A stretch of DNA of 64,000 nucleotides from an uncultured Mycoplasmatota bacterium (GCA_947571135.1 CANOWY010000001.1:3604-67603); one strand, 5' to 3'; counted from the stretch's first letter, positions 37,792 to 47,871 are shown. The notes: generated by a model from the sequence alone, not told the origin. Translations and numbers: made by a program.

Positions 37792-39322
37792 ATTAAAAGA
37801 GAAAATAACTCTACATCCTATAATGACCATTATTATGATGATTGCTCTTACCATTATAGTAAGTGGCATATTATCGGCATTAGGAATACAAGCAACATCA
37901 AGAAGAATTAGTACTTCTTCTTTAGAATACAATACGTACATCGCCGAAGTAAATTCGCTGTTTAGTTTTAGTGGCCTAAAATATATCTTTACCAGTACCA
38001 TTTCAAACTTTATGGCTTTTGCACCTTTAAGTAGTTTTATGATAATTTTAATTGGAATTGGAGTTATGGAAAAAAGTGGCTTTTTAAAAGTAGCCTTTAC
38101 CTTACTTACCAAAAATGCAAAAAAAGTAAACGTAACCTTTGTTTTAGTCTTAATTAGTATTTTATTAGGAATAATTGGAGATTTATCATTTGTTCTTTTA
38201 CTTCCTATTAGTGCTATACTATTTGAAGTAGGTAAAAGAAATCCTACCATTGGAATTGTAGCCTCTTTTGCAGGCCTTACCTGTGGGTATGGAATTAATG
38301 TAATCTTTACAAGTATAGATTCATCTTTACTATCCCTTACTGCTTTAGCAAGCCATGTTTTAGACAGTGACTATGTTTTAAAAGCAACAAGTTTTGTTTT
38401 CATAATGTTTATAGTTGTACTAGCCATAACTTTTTTAATAACCCAAATAACAGAAAAACACATTATTTATAAGTTAGACCGATATGAAATTTCAGAACAA
38501 GAGGGTGAAGACGAACTAGTCATAGGAAAAAAACAGAAAAAAGGATTAGCCTTAGCCTTTTTAGCCTTCATTTTCTATTTTCTAATATTCTTATATAACA
38601 TTATTCCAGGACTGCCCTTCTCTGGGAAATTTCTAGACAATAGCCAAATATTTTATATTGATAAGTTATTTAGTTACAATTCTTTTTTCAGTAGTGGTTT
38701 CGTATTTATTGTCACTATGGGAATGATTATTATCGGATTTTTCTATGGAATCGGTGCCAAAACAATAAAAAATCATCGAGAACTATGCAATGCTTTAGGG
38801 CACTCTTTAGACGGTATTGGAAAAGTAATTGTATTAATCTTTTTTACCTCAATTTTAATCAATGTATTTAAATATACAAATATAGGCACCGTAATTGTAA
38901 CAGCCCTAGCGTCTCTTACTAGTAATACGGCATTTACTGCAATTCCACTTATAATTCTATTATTCTTAGTCAGTGCTATCTCGACTATTTTTGTACCGTC
39001 TTCTATTACGCGTTGGTCTATATTATCTGCTGTAACGGTACCAGTATTTATGAACGCTGGAATTTCACCAGAATTTACACAAGTTATATTTAGATTTGGA
39101 GAATGCACAACACTTGGATTAACCCCATTGTTTGCCTATTTTGTTATTTATCTAGCATTACTAGATAAATACAACCAAAAAGACCAACCTATTAACATCA
39201 TAAAAGCAATTAAATATCAAATGCCTTTTGCTGCATCTACTTTCGTTGTATTGTTGACAATTTTAATTGTGTGGTATATAGTAGGACTTCCAATAGGTGT
39301 AGGAGTGTCTCCAACATTATAA
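37778..39322 (+). CDS. AbgT-family transporter
   Basis: LHP, NFMAFAPL, GVMEKSG, RNPTIG...FAG, VPVFM, many TM helices. Confidence 0.8.
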   Translation: MNVNKLKEKITLHPIMTIIMMIALTIIVSGILSALGIQATSRRISTSSLEYNTYIAEVNSLFSFSGLKYIFTSTISNFMAFAPLSSFMIILIGIGVMEKSGFLKVAFTLLTKNAKKVNVTFVLVLISILLGIIGDLSFVLLLPISAILFEVGKRNPTIGIVASFAGLTCGYGINVIFTSIDSSLLSLTALASHVLDSDYVLKATSFVFIMFIVVLAITFLITQITEKHIIYKLDRYEISEQEGEDELVIGKKQKKGLALAFLAFIFYFLIFLYNIIPGLPFSGKFLDNSQIFYIDKLFSYNSFFSSGFVFIVTMGMIIIGFFYGIGAKTIKNHRELCNALGHSLDGIGKVIVLIFFTSILINVFKYTNIGTVIVTALASLTSNTAFTAIPLIILLFLVSAISTIFVPSSITRWSILSAVTVPVFMNAGISPEFTQVIFRFGECTTLGLTPLFAYFVIYLALLDKYNQKDQPINIIKAIKYQMPFAASTFVVLLTILIVWYIVGLPIGVGVSPTL

Positions 39323-39338
39323 AGGAGTGTGTTAAAAT

Positions 39339-39710
39339 ATGTACAAAAAAGATTATAACCTTTGGGTTAGATATCATAAAGGACAGATAAATAGAGAATT
39401 AACAGAAGAAGAATATAAGGATATAAAAGCCTCTGATTTTGCTATGCATTTTCTTGTGCCTACTAAAGCATTAATACAAGAATGTGGTGGTTTAAGTGCT
39501 ATAGAAAATGCTGATTTTTTTAACGATTATTATAAAGTATTTTACCTAGCAAATATCTTTTGCGTTCCTATAGAAGTTATACAAATAAAACTTGAATACA
39601 TTCTAAAAGAAATAGAAAAGGCTAAAGAAAGAAAACAGAATGCTAAACTTGTAAGAAAAATTCAATTAAAGAAGAAAGAAATTGCCATGTTTGGAGAATG
39701 TATTAAGTAA
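39339..39710 (+). CDS. Small protein resembling the C-terminal half of ImmA/IrrE
   Basis: ASDFAMHFLVP...LANIFCVP.EVI.IKL; no HExxH. Confidence 0.45.
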   Translation: MYKKDYNLWVRYHKGQINRELTEEEYKDIKASDFAMHFLVPTKALIQECGGLSAIENADFFNDYYKVFYLANIFCVPIEVIQIKLEYILKEIEKAKERKQNAKLVRKIQLKKKEIAMFGECIK

Positions 39711-39743
39711 TGTTGTTAAAATATTGAGAATGGAGGTAGAAAT

Positions 39744-40844
39744 ATGTCATTAAAAGCAGGAATAGTAGGACTTCCAAATGTAGGTAAATCCACTTTATTT
39801 AACGCCATTACTAAAAAAAATATACTGGCCGCAAATTACCCGTTTGCAACTATTGATCCAAATATTGGAGTTGTAACAGTACCCGATAAACGACTAGAAT
39901 TTTTGGAGAATATGTACATTCCAAAAAGTTTAGTACCAACTACATTTGAATTTACAGATATAGCAGGCCTAGTAAAAGGAGCAAGTAAAGGAGAAGGACT
40001 TGGAAATAAATTTTTATCCCATATTCGTGAAGTCGATGCAATCGTAGAAGTTGTAAGGTGTTTTAAAGATGAAAACATTATTCATGTTGAGGGTGGAGTA
40101 GACCCTATTCGTGACATTGAAATCATTAACTTAGAATTGATTTTGGCAGATTTAGAAATTATTGAAAACAGAATTGATAAAATTGCAAAAAAAGCAGAGA
40201 CTACTAAAGACAAAGTAGCCCTAAAAGAAGTAGAAGTTTTAAAAAAAGCAAAAGAATCATTACTTAATAATCAAGCCTTAAGACTTTTAGAGTTTGAGGA
40301 AGAGGAACTGGGAATTTTAAAACCATTTAATTTTATTACATTAAAACCTATTATATATGTTGCGAATGTTTTGGAAGATGACATTGCACTAGGTGAAAAC
40401 GAATTTACAAAGAAAGTAAAGGAATACGCCGCAAAAGAAAGCGCAGGTGTCATAGTCATGTGTGCTAAGATAGAATCCGAGTTAGCAGAACTAGAAGAAA
40501 ATGACAAAAGAGACTTCTTAAAAGACTTAGGGATAAACTATAGTGGACTGGATAAATTAATATTTGCCACTTATGATTTATTAGGGCTTCAAACTTTCTT
40601 TACTGTCGGAAGTGATGAAGTAAGGGCTTGGACATTTAAAAAAGGCTGCAACGCTAAAAAATGTGCAGGACTTATTCATAGCGATATTGAAAGAGGTTTT
40701 ATTAAAGCAGAAATAATGAAATTTAATGATTTAGAAGAATTAAAAGAAGAGAAAAAAGTACAAGAAGCGGGAAAACTTTATTTAGAAGGCAAAGAATATA
40801 TAATGCAAGATGGAGATATAGTGTATTTTAGATTTAATGTTTAG
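39744..40844 (+). CDS. ychF: Redox-regulated ATPase YchF
   Basis: GIVGLPNVGKSTLFN, DIAGLVKGASKGEGLGNKFL, IHSDIERGFI. Confidence 0.98.
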   Translation: MSLKAGIVGLPNVGKSTLFNAITKKNILAANYPFATIDPNIGVVTVPDKRLEFLENMYIPKSLVPTTFEFTDIAGLVKGASKGEGLGNKFLSHIREVDAIVEVVRCFKDENIIHVEGGVDPIRDIEIINLELILADLEIIENRIDKIAKKAETTKDKVALKEVEVLKKAKESLLNNQALRLLEFEEEELGILKPFNFITLKPIIYVANVLEDDIALGENEFTKKVKEYAAKESAGVIVMCAKIESELAELEENDKRDFLKDLGINYSGLDKLIFATYDLLGLQTFFTVGSDEVRAWTFKKGCNAKKCAGLIHSDIERGFIKAEIMKFNDLEELKEEKKVQEAGKLYLEGKEYIMQDGDIVYFRFNV

Positions 40845-40901
40845 GTTTTTTTCTTGGATAAAAAGTGTTATAATGAACATATAGTAAATAAGGAGGAAAA
40901 A

Positions 40902-41549
40902 ATGACAAATAAATTAATGAGTAAAACATTCCTATGGATGTTTGCAGGATTATTAGTTACATTCTTAACGGGTTACTTTGTATCAAATAATGAAGTTATG
41001 ATTATTAACATTTTTAAAAATTCTACATATCTAATCTTATGTGTAGTGGAACTAATTTTAGTAATTGTACTTTCTGCAAAAGTAAGAACAATGAATAAAA
41101 ATATAGCAAGAATTTGTTTCATACTGTATAGTTTTGTCTCAGGACTTACATTCTCATCTATATTCATTGTATATGAATTGACTTCAATACTTTATGTATT
41201 CCTACTAGCCTCTGTTGTATTTTTAGTCTTTGGTTTAATTGGATATTTTACAAATTTAGATTTAACAAAAATTAGTACTTATCTTATGATGGCACTATTT
41301 GCAGTTATCATTTGCTATATTATTAATTTATTCGTAAGTAATAATTCGTTTGATTTGATACTATCTATAATCAGTATTCTAATATTTATAGGCTTTACTG
41401 CTTACGATGTACAAAAGATTAAACGTTTAGGAGAAGAAGAATTAATAGAAGAAGATAACTTAAGTATTGTTGGAGCATTAAATTTATATTTAGACTATAT
41501 TAATATTTTTCTAGATTTGTTAAGAATATTTGGAAATTCTAGAGATTAG
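40902..41549 (+). CDS. Bax inhibitor-1/YccA family membrane protein
   Basis: AYDVQKIK, ALNLYLDYINIFL; ATG 40902 after AAGGAGG. Confidence 0.92.
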   Translation: MTNKLMSKTFLWMFAGLLVTFLTGYFVSNNEVMIINIFKNSTYLILCVVELILVIVLSAKVRTMNKNIARICFILYSFVSGLTFSSIFIVYELTSILYVFLLASVVFLVFGLIGYFTNLDLTKISTYLMMALFAVIICYIINLFVSNNSFDLILSIISILIFIGFTAYDVQKIKRLGEEELIEEDNLSIVGALNLYLDYINIFLDLLRIFGNSRD

Positions 41550-41651
41550 TTCATCATAAAGTATAAGCGTATGAAAGCGTTTATATTTTTTTTTGACTTT
41601 TTAAAAATTTATGATAGAATAAACATCGTTTTGAAAGGGGAATTTTTTAAT

Positions 41652-42584
41652 ATGAAAAAACAATACTTAAGTTTAAAAAATATTTTGCTATTATTAGGAA
41701 TGGGTATATCTTTAAATGGTTGTCAAAAGGAAACGAATGAAGTAGAAAATCTAGTAATAAACGAAGTAGAAAGTAAAGAACCAGTTTTGAATAAAAATCT
41801 TGCTAGCGACACAATAAATCAAATGTTAGAAGAAGCCAAAAAGTTAGTTCCAGAAATAGAAGTAAAAGACATCACAATAAGTGCTATTGGAGATTGCACA
41901 CTCGGAACAGATACTCATTTTGGTTATGAAAATAGTTTTACAAATGTTTTAGCCAATAACCATACTTATGACTACGGTGAAAAAGGATATAATGATACAA
42001 TAAATATTTTGGAAAATACAAGTATTCCTTACTTTGGATATGAAAACTATTCTATTTTAGAAGTAGAAGACATGAAAATAGGATTAGCAGGTTTTACAGG
42101 TTGGAATGAAGATGTGACTAAAGAAAATACAGAAAAAGCAATTGAATACTTTCAAAATAATAATGCAGATCTTATTATTATGACATATCATTGGGGAATC
42201 GAAAGAGAATATAAACAAAACGAAATACAAGAAAGTATTGCAAGACATGCTATTGATAGTGGTGCAGATTTAGTTTTAGGACACCATCCACATGTATTAC
42301 AGGGAATAGAAAGTTATAATGGAAAATATATTGTATATTCATTAGGTAATTTTGTATTTGGTGGAAATAGAAATCCAAATGATAAAGATACTATGATTTT
42401 TCAAGAAACATTTCATTATGAAAATGGCGTCTTAAAAGATACATCAATAAAAATTATTCCTTGTTCCCTATCAAGCAGAACAGATTTAAATGATTACCAA
42501 CCAAAGATTTTAGATGGTGAAGAACATAAAAGAGTATTAAAAAAAGTACTAGATAGCAGTACTAATTTAGAGTATACGGAGTAA
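41652..42584 (+). CDS. CapA/PGA_cap family lipoprotein, apparently with an internal deletion
   Basis: Lipobox LNGC, AIGD, LANNH.YDYG, YHWG, GHHPHVLQG, YSLGNF; NLE block missing. Confidence 0.8.
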   Translation: MKKQYLSLKNILLLLGMGISLNGCQKETNEVENLVINEVESKEPVLNKNLASDTINQMLEEAKKLVPEIEVKDITISAIGDCTLGTDTHFGYENSFTNVLANNHTYDYGEKGYNDTINILENTSIPYFGYENYSILEVEDMKIGLAGFTGWNEDVTKENTEKAIEYFQNNNADLIIMTYHWGIEREYKQNEIQESIARHAIDSGADLVLGHHPHVLQGIESYNGKYIVYSLGNFVFGGNRNPNDKDTMIFQETFHYENGVLKDTSIKIIPCSLSSRTDLNDYQPKILDGEEHKRVLKKVLDSSTNLEYTE

Positions 42585-42739
42585 GGCATAAAGCCTTTTT
42601 ATTTTGTATCATTTTACAATGCTTTGTGGATAAGGTTTTAAAAAAATACTAGATACTTGTGAATTAGAAATAAACATAAGGCACAAATAGCCTTTTTTCT
42701 TTTTACAAAAGCCTTTATAATAAAGAAAAGGAGATTTTT

Positions 42740-43441
42740 ATGAAACTAAGTGAAGCCCCAATTAATCCAATATGGAGCCAAGAAACAAAACAATATACAA
42801 ATGATAGGATAGACTTTTCGTTAATAAACCAAATTGTATTGGAGGGAATTAGTGATAACAACATATCAAGTAATTATGCCATTTGTTTTGGAACAAGTAG
42901 AAAAATAGAAATGGTTGCTCGAGTAGAAAAAGCGGTAGAGTTGTATCAAAAAGGAAGAATACAGAAAGTTTTATTTACAGGTGGAAAAAATGGAATCTCA
43001 AGTATTAAAAACAACCAAACGCCAGAGGAAGTAAAAAAAGACAATTTAGATATATCGTACTTAATCCATGATGATTTAGCAGAAGCAGAGCGAATGAAGA
43101 AATATGCAATAGAACTTGGAATGCCAAAAGAAGACATTATTATTGATTGTAAATCCAATAATTCTAATGAAACTTTACAGAATTTACTCGAGTTTATCAA
43201 CATAAAAGAGAAAGAAAATTTAACACATATTACTTCTGCTTATCACTTAAAATGTTGCTTAGCCTCTGCAAAAAAATATGTTCCTTTAAAGTTAACATAT
43301 ACTTTGGTATTGGCAGAAACGGGATACTTTGAAAAAGAAAATTACCAACTTACAAAATTAGGATGTGAACTATTAAATTTTGAGGCTAATCATTTAGTAC
43401 GTTTAGCAAGGGAAAATAAAATTGCCGATTTAGATATTTAA
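42740..43441 (+). CDS. YdcF/DUF218 family protein
   Basis: AVELYQKG..VLFTGG, EAE.MK.YA..LGMP, ITSAYH. Confidence 0.85.
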   Translation: MKLSEAPINPIWSQETKQYTNDRIDFSLINQIVLEGISDNNISSNYAICFGTSRKIEMVARVEKAVELYQKGRIQKVLFTGGKNGISSIKNNQTPEEVKKDNLDISYLIHDDLAEAERMKKYAIELGMPKEDIIIDCKSNNSNETLQNLLEFINIKEKENLTHITSAYHLKCCLASAKKYVPLKLTYTLVLAETGYFEKENYQLTKLGCELLNFEANHLVRLARENKIADLDI

Positions 43442-43496
43442 AATCAAATCTTTTTTTGATAAAATAGGAGTGTAAATACAAGTTAGGGGGATTTAT

Positions 43497-44183
43497 ATGA
43501 ATGATGTGGCAAAATTAATAGTTTGTTTGAATTCTTATGGTTTCATTCCAAAAGAGATGACAATTGTTTTTGAAATAGGCACATTAAACAATTTAGATTT
43601 ATTGACTTATTCTTATCAAAATGCAAATGATTTTTTTCTAAAGAATAGAAATAAGATAATAAATTGTATAAAAAAACAGATCCCTTGTTATGAAATAAAT
43701 GTTAACTTTGAATTTTTAGAGTTAAAATCAGAAATCGACATTCCTATCTATATAGAAATGAAAGAAGAAACTTTGCCTGTTTTGTTTAAAACGATTAGAA
43801 CGAATGATAAAGAAGAAAATTTAGAAGTATTTATAAAAGAACGTTTGAAAAATAATGGCCTTTATTTATTGTATTTATGTGATAGTTACATTCAAAAAGA
43901 TGTAGAGTATGAAAGCATATTTAAAAATTGTAATAGGCATATTTATACTAAAATTATGGAGAATTTAGTGAAAGAAGAAGAAATTGATTATGTATGGAAT
44001 TTTTTTAAAAGCAAAAATAGGTTTTTTGCTATAATTCGCTTTCTAGTAAATGCTGAAAATATGGAAGAGGCATTAGATTGTTTTTCCAAAATGATTCCTT
44101 TAAAAGAAACTAGAGAATCTAATGACTATGAGTATACAAGGAGGATGAAACAAACTTGGTTACCTTATAAAGATAGTGAATAA
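43497..44183 (+). CDS. Hypothetical protein
   Basis: 228-aa ORF with AGGGGG RBS; no recognised motif. Confidence 0.6.
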   Translation: MNDVAKLIVCLNSYGFIPKEMTIVFEIGTLNNLDLLTYSYQNANDFFLKNRNKIINCIKKQIPCYEINVNFEFLELKSEIDIPIYIEMKEETLPVLFKTIRTNDKEENLEVFIKERLKNNGLYLLYLCDSYIQKDVEYESIFKNCNRHIYTKIMENLVKEEEIDYVWNFFKSKNRFFAIIRFLVNAENMEEALDCFSKMIPLKETRESNDYEYTRRMKQTWLPYKDSE

Positions 44184-44224
44184 AATAGAGGTTTAGAAAT
44201 AAGATATAATAGGAGAAATAAAGA

Positions 44225-44253
44225 TTTACAAGCAATAGTTTTTTTGCTATAAT
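44225..44253 (+). promoter_or_regulatory. sigma-A promoter of the rpsF operon
   Basis: TTTACA-17 bp-TATAAT with extended TG. Confidence 0.7.
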
Positions 44254-44272
44254 ACTTGCGAGTATGAAATTA

Positions 44273-44318
44273 CTCCTTGCTTTAGTAATTCTAAAGCCAA
44301 ATAGACCATAAGGAGGTG
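44273..44318 (+). promoter_or_regulatory. S6:S18 ribosomal protein leader RNA
   Basis: CTCCTTGC-hairpin-GCC-aaa-TAGACC-ATAAGGAGGTG with an anti-SD helix, same layout as the Bacillus rpsF leader. Confidence 0.75.
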
Positions 44319-44325
44319 TAGAAAA

Positions 44326-44616
44326 ATGAAAAAATATGAAATTATGTTCATTGTAAAGTCTACAAACGAAAGTGATGAAATTAAAGCATCTGCAGAATTT
44401 ATGAAAAATATCATTACAGAAAACAAAGGAAAAGTTGTAGAATTTAACGAACTAGGTGAAAAAAAATTAGCCTATCCAATCAAGAAAGAAATGAATGGAT
44501 ATTATTATGTTATGGTAGTAGAAGCAGACAATACGGCTGTTAGTGAACTTAACCGTAAATCATCAATTAACGAAAATATTTTAAGACATTTAATCATCAG
44601 ATTAGACGAGGAGTAG
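44326..44616 (+). CDS. rpsF: 30S ribosomal protein S6
   Basis: YEIMFI, GEKKLAYPI, ILRHLII. Confidence 0.97.
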   Translation: MKKYEIMFIVKSTNESDEIKASAEFMKNIITENKGKVVEFNELGEKKLAYPIKKEMNGYYYVMVVEADNTAVSELNRKSSINENILRHLIIRLDEE

Positions 44617-44619
44617 AAA

Positions 44620-45078
44620 ATGAATAAAGTAATATTAATTGGTAGACTTGCAAGAGACCCTGAAATGCGTACTACAGCAAGTGGTATGAACGTAACTCGT
44701 TTTACATTAGCAGTATCACGTCCATTTCAAGATCAAAATGGAGAACGTGGAGCAGATTTTATTAATTGTGTTGCATGGCGTAGACAAGCAGAAAACATTG
44801 CAAAGTATTGTGTAAAAGGAAGCCAAGTGGCAGTTGAAGGTAGAATTCAAACTGGTTCCTACGATGCTCAAGATGGAACAAAAAGATATACAACTGATAT
44901 TATCTGTGATAATTGTACATTCCTAGGAACTAAAAATAGTGATAATGGTTATACAAGCCAAAGCAATAACAATTATAATGAGACTATACCAAGTATGCCA
45001 ACTTCTGACATTTCAGAAGATCCATTTAAAGATTTCGGAGAAGAAATTGCTCTAAGCGATGATGATTTACCATTCTAA
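44620..45078 (+). CDS. ssb: Single-stranded DNA-binding protein
   Basis: MNKVILIGRL..DPE, DFINCVAW, C-terminal DDDLPF. Confidence 0.98.
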   Translation: MNKVILIGRLARDPEMRTTASGMNVTRFTLAVSRPFQDQNGERGADFINCVAWRRQAENIAKYCVKGSQVAVEGRIQTGSYDAQDGTKRYTTDIICDNCTFLGTKNSDNGYTSQSNNNYNETIPSMPTSDISEDPFKDFGEEIALSDDDLPF

Positions 45079-45094
45079 GAAAGGAGAAATAAAA

Positions 45095-45310
45095 ATGGCA
45101 GAATTTCGTAGAAAAAAGAAAAAAATATGTCAAATGTGCGCTGGAAAAAGCGTTGATTATAAAGATGTAATGATTATTAATAAATATATAAATGAAAAAG
45201 GAAAAATCATGCCTAGACGTATGACAGGGGCATGTGCAAAACATCAAAGACATATTGCACAACAAATTAAATATGCAAGATTTATGGCTTTAATACCATT
45301 TGTAAAATAA
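45095..45310 (+). CDS. rpsR: 30S ribosomal protein S18, Zn-type
   Basis: CQMC, VDYKD, GKIMPRR.TG.CAKHQR; ATG 45095. Confidence 0.97.
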   Translation: MAEFRRKKKKICQMCAGKSVDYKDVMIINKYINEKGKIMPRRMTGACAKHQRHIAQQIKYARFMALIPFVK

Positions 45311-45576
45311 ACATTCTAAGTTCAGGATGTTTTTTTAATGCTATGAAAAAATGAATTATCATTTTTAGCATAATATGACCTTATAGAAGAATAAATTTTG
45401 AGATAGTAAAAAAAGAATGGCTATGTTCAATGAAAAAGTGACAAAAAAATGTATAGTAAAGCCAAAAACTTTCAAACTATATTAATGTTAGTTGTTGACT
45501 TTGTAAAATCTATGATATAATCAAAAAAAGTAATAAGAATAAAAAGAAATTATTTGAAAAAAGAAAGAGGTTGAAT

Positions 45577-47220
45577 ATGAAAATACTAGTAGGTTTATCC
45601 AATGGACTTAAAAGTGAAAATGTTCCATATCAAATGTTTATTGTCGATGTAGATTCAACAGAACCAATGAAACAAGAATGGAGTCCAGTGAAAATTGAAG
45701 CGTTAAGCAGTTGCTCTAACGTACGCGTAAATTTAGGAAATTACAAATCTGTTACACAAAATCCAATGGAATATTTGGAAGCAGAGTTTGATTTAAGTAA
45801 ATTAGTAGATATTACGTCTAATCAAGCAGAATTTCAAATTATTAATGTTTACAAAGATGATATAGGAGATCCTATTCTTTATCGTACTGTAAATTCTGTA
45901 GGAGAGGTAGAAATGCACCATATTTCTGAACTTGCCTATAAGAAAAAATTTAGTATATATGGAGATAATGTGAACAGTCTACCATCTTATGTAAAAACAA
46001 CAACATTAAAAGATGCGTATGATTGGTGGGCAAAAAGAGACAAAGTGAAAATTCATAGAAGAACCACTCGTTTTGTATATGAAAACTTTGATACGCATGA
46101 AGATATGCCAGTCCAACTTCTATACCATTACTTAACTGGTGTAAAAGGATTTAAATTAGGTTATCATACCATTACCGATATCAATGAAAAATATTCTGAA
46201 AGTAAAAAATTACATGAATATTTCCTATTTAATGGAACAGCAAATGTTAAACTAAAAGAAAGTATTCCAACGGTTGAAACTGGAATAGAAGAAGTAGGAA
46301 TTTTTGGAAACAAAGATCCGTATCCAGATTCAAGAAAACTTGGATACTATGGTGCTACGATGTCTTTAATTTGTAACAGAAAGAATTATCCAGCATTTGA
46401 TTATTATAGCAAACCAACGTCTGAGGCAAATTACGATAAAGAAGGTATTGAAGTAACCATTGATATTACAGACGGCAATATGGCTGTTTATAATAAATGC
46501 GAAGAAGCAAATTGTATTTCTACCGATTGGCGAATTGGAGAAAATAATGACTTCTTTGGTGTAACTCTATCAAGTTTATTAACAGAGAAACTTGGAGAAT
46601 TAAGTAAAAAATTCCAAAATGAAAAAGAACGAGTAGAATTTGGACATTGGTCAAGTGCCAATACAAATGATTGGTTCCAAGTTATGGCATTTGCCTTGTC
46701 TACTCAATATTATAGTAAAGAATTAAGAAATAAATTAACAGAAATTTTAAACAACTTTCAATATTTATTTTCTTCAAAACTAGCCGAAATGATTGAAAAA
46801 ATTAGTGCAAAAGATTCTTTAGAAACTATGAAATGGGCAGAAGAAAACGTAGAAAAAGTCATGGTAGATATTTCTTTTATGAAAGAAGATGAATCAATTC
46901 AAAAATCAAGCATAACACTAGATCAAATGAAAAATTTATTTACTTTCAAAAGAAACTCATTTGAACTACCAGATTGGCTACAAATTTATTCTCCTGAAAC
47001 CATAGAAAAATTAGGTGGTGTAGAATACTTAAACCAATTTATTGCTACTCGTGGAGAAGAATCTTCAGAATTATTCTTATCTATGTGGGCAGAAAAACTA
47101 GAAAGCGACCAAAAATACGCTTCTGTTGAGCCAAAAGAAGATATTTTGGAACAAATTGATAAACTAGATGATATTCCAGTAATTAATCCAGAAAAAGAAA
47201 AAGCCAAAAAAGCGGCTTAA
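45577..47220 (+). CDS. Hypothetical protein, ~547 aa
   Basis: Long clean ORF, GAGG RBS, own promoter-like TG-A-TATAAT and a downstream terminator; no recognised motif. Confidence 0.7.
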   Translation: MKILVGLSNGLKSENVPYQMFIVDVDSTEPMKQEWSPVKIEALSSCSNVRVNLGNYKSVTQNPMEYLEAEFDLSKLVDITSNQAEFQIINVYKDDIGDPILYRTVNSVGEVEMHHISELAYKKKFSIYGDNVNSLPSYVKTTTLKDAYDWWAKRDKVKIHRRTTRFVYENFDTHEDMPVQLLYHYLTGVKGFKLGYHTITDINEKYSESKKLHEYFLFNGTANVKLKESIPTVETGIEEVGIFGNKDPYPDSRKLGYYGATMSLICNRKNYPAFDYYSKPTSEANYDKEGIEVTIDITDGNMAVYNKCEEANCISTDWRIGENNDFFGVTLSSLLTEKLGELSKKFQNEKERVEFGHWSSANTNDWFQVMAFALSTQYYSKELRNKLTEILNNFQYLFSSKLAEMIEKISAKDSLETMKWAEENVEKVMVDISFMKEDESIQKSSITLDQMKNLFTFKRNSFELPDWLQIYSPETIEKLGGVEYLNQFIATRGEESSELFLSMWAEKLESDQKYASVEPKEDILEQIDKLDDIPVINPEKEKAKKAA

Positions 47221-47226
47221 TCTCAG

Positions 47227-47253
47227 AAACTGTCTAGCAATAGGCAGTTTTTT
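47227..47253 (+). terminator. Intrinsic terminator
   Basis: AAACTGTCTA-gcaa-TAGGCAGTTT followed by TTT. Confidence 0.75.
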
Positions 47254-47304
47254 TGTGATTGAAAAAAGAATTGGTTCTTGTTAGAATAACTATTTGTGAT
47301 ATAT

Positions 47305-47774
47305 ATGGAAAGAAAAAATGGATATGTGATAATAGAGAATTGGAAAAAAATAAATAGAAATTTTATAGGACATAATGCTAAAGTAAAGGCTGGTTCATGA
47401 ATGGAACAGACGAATATTTATTTAAGTCCTATTTAAATGAATTAGAAAGATATAGAGAATTATATTATACCTTGATTATAAAAAAACTTGGATTAAAAAG
47501 TCCCGAGATAGATTTGGCAAAATTTAAAGATCAATTAGGTACAATTGCCAAAAATTATAATCCGCAACATCGTGAATCTTATACGATAGTAGAAGTTTTA
47601 TCATATGCCTCAAAATATAACTTAAGAGATTTGCCAAATGAAATCTCTAACTTTTGTATAGAAAAAAAATGGAATTATTCCATAAAAAAAGTTCCGATAG
47701 AAATTAAAGATTGCTTAATAGAGGATACGCAAAGATGTTTGGAAAGTGTAGAGAATATAGTAAATAAAAGATAA
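47305..47774 (+). pseudogene. Frameshifted, truncated HipA-like kinase
   Basis: 47305-47400 ORF joins the 47397-47774 ORF if one A is restored at 47385-47387, giving IGHNAKVKGWFMNGTDEYLFK..ELYY..IKKLGL..IDLA..GTIAKNY. Confidence 0.5.
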
Positions 47775-47871
47775 AGTTAAAAATATAGATATAATAGAAA
47801 CCAGGAATTTCCGTTGCTATCTAAAACATTTCCATGGTATAATGAATAACGAATAGGAGGCTTAAAATCAT

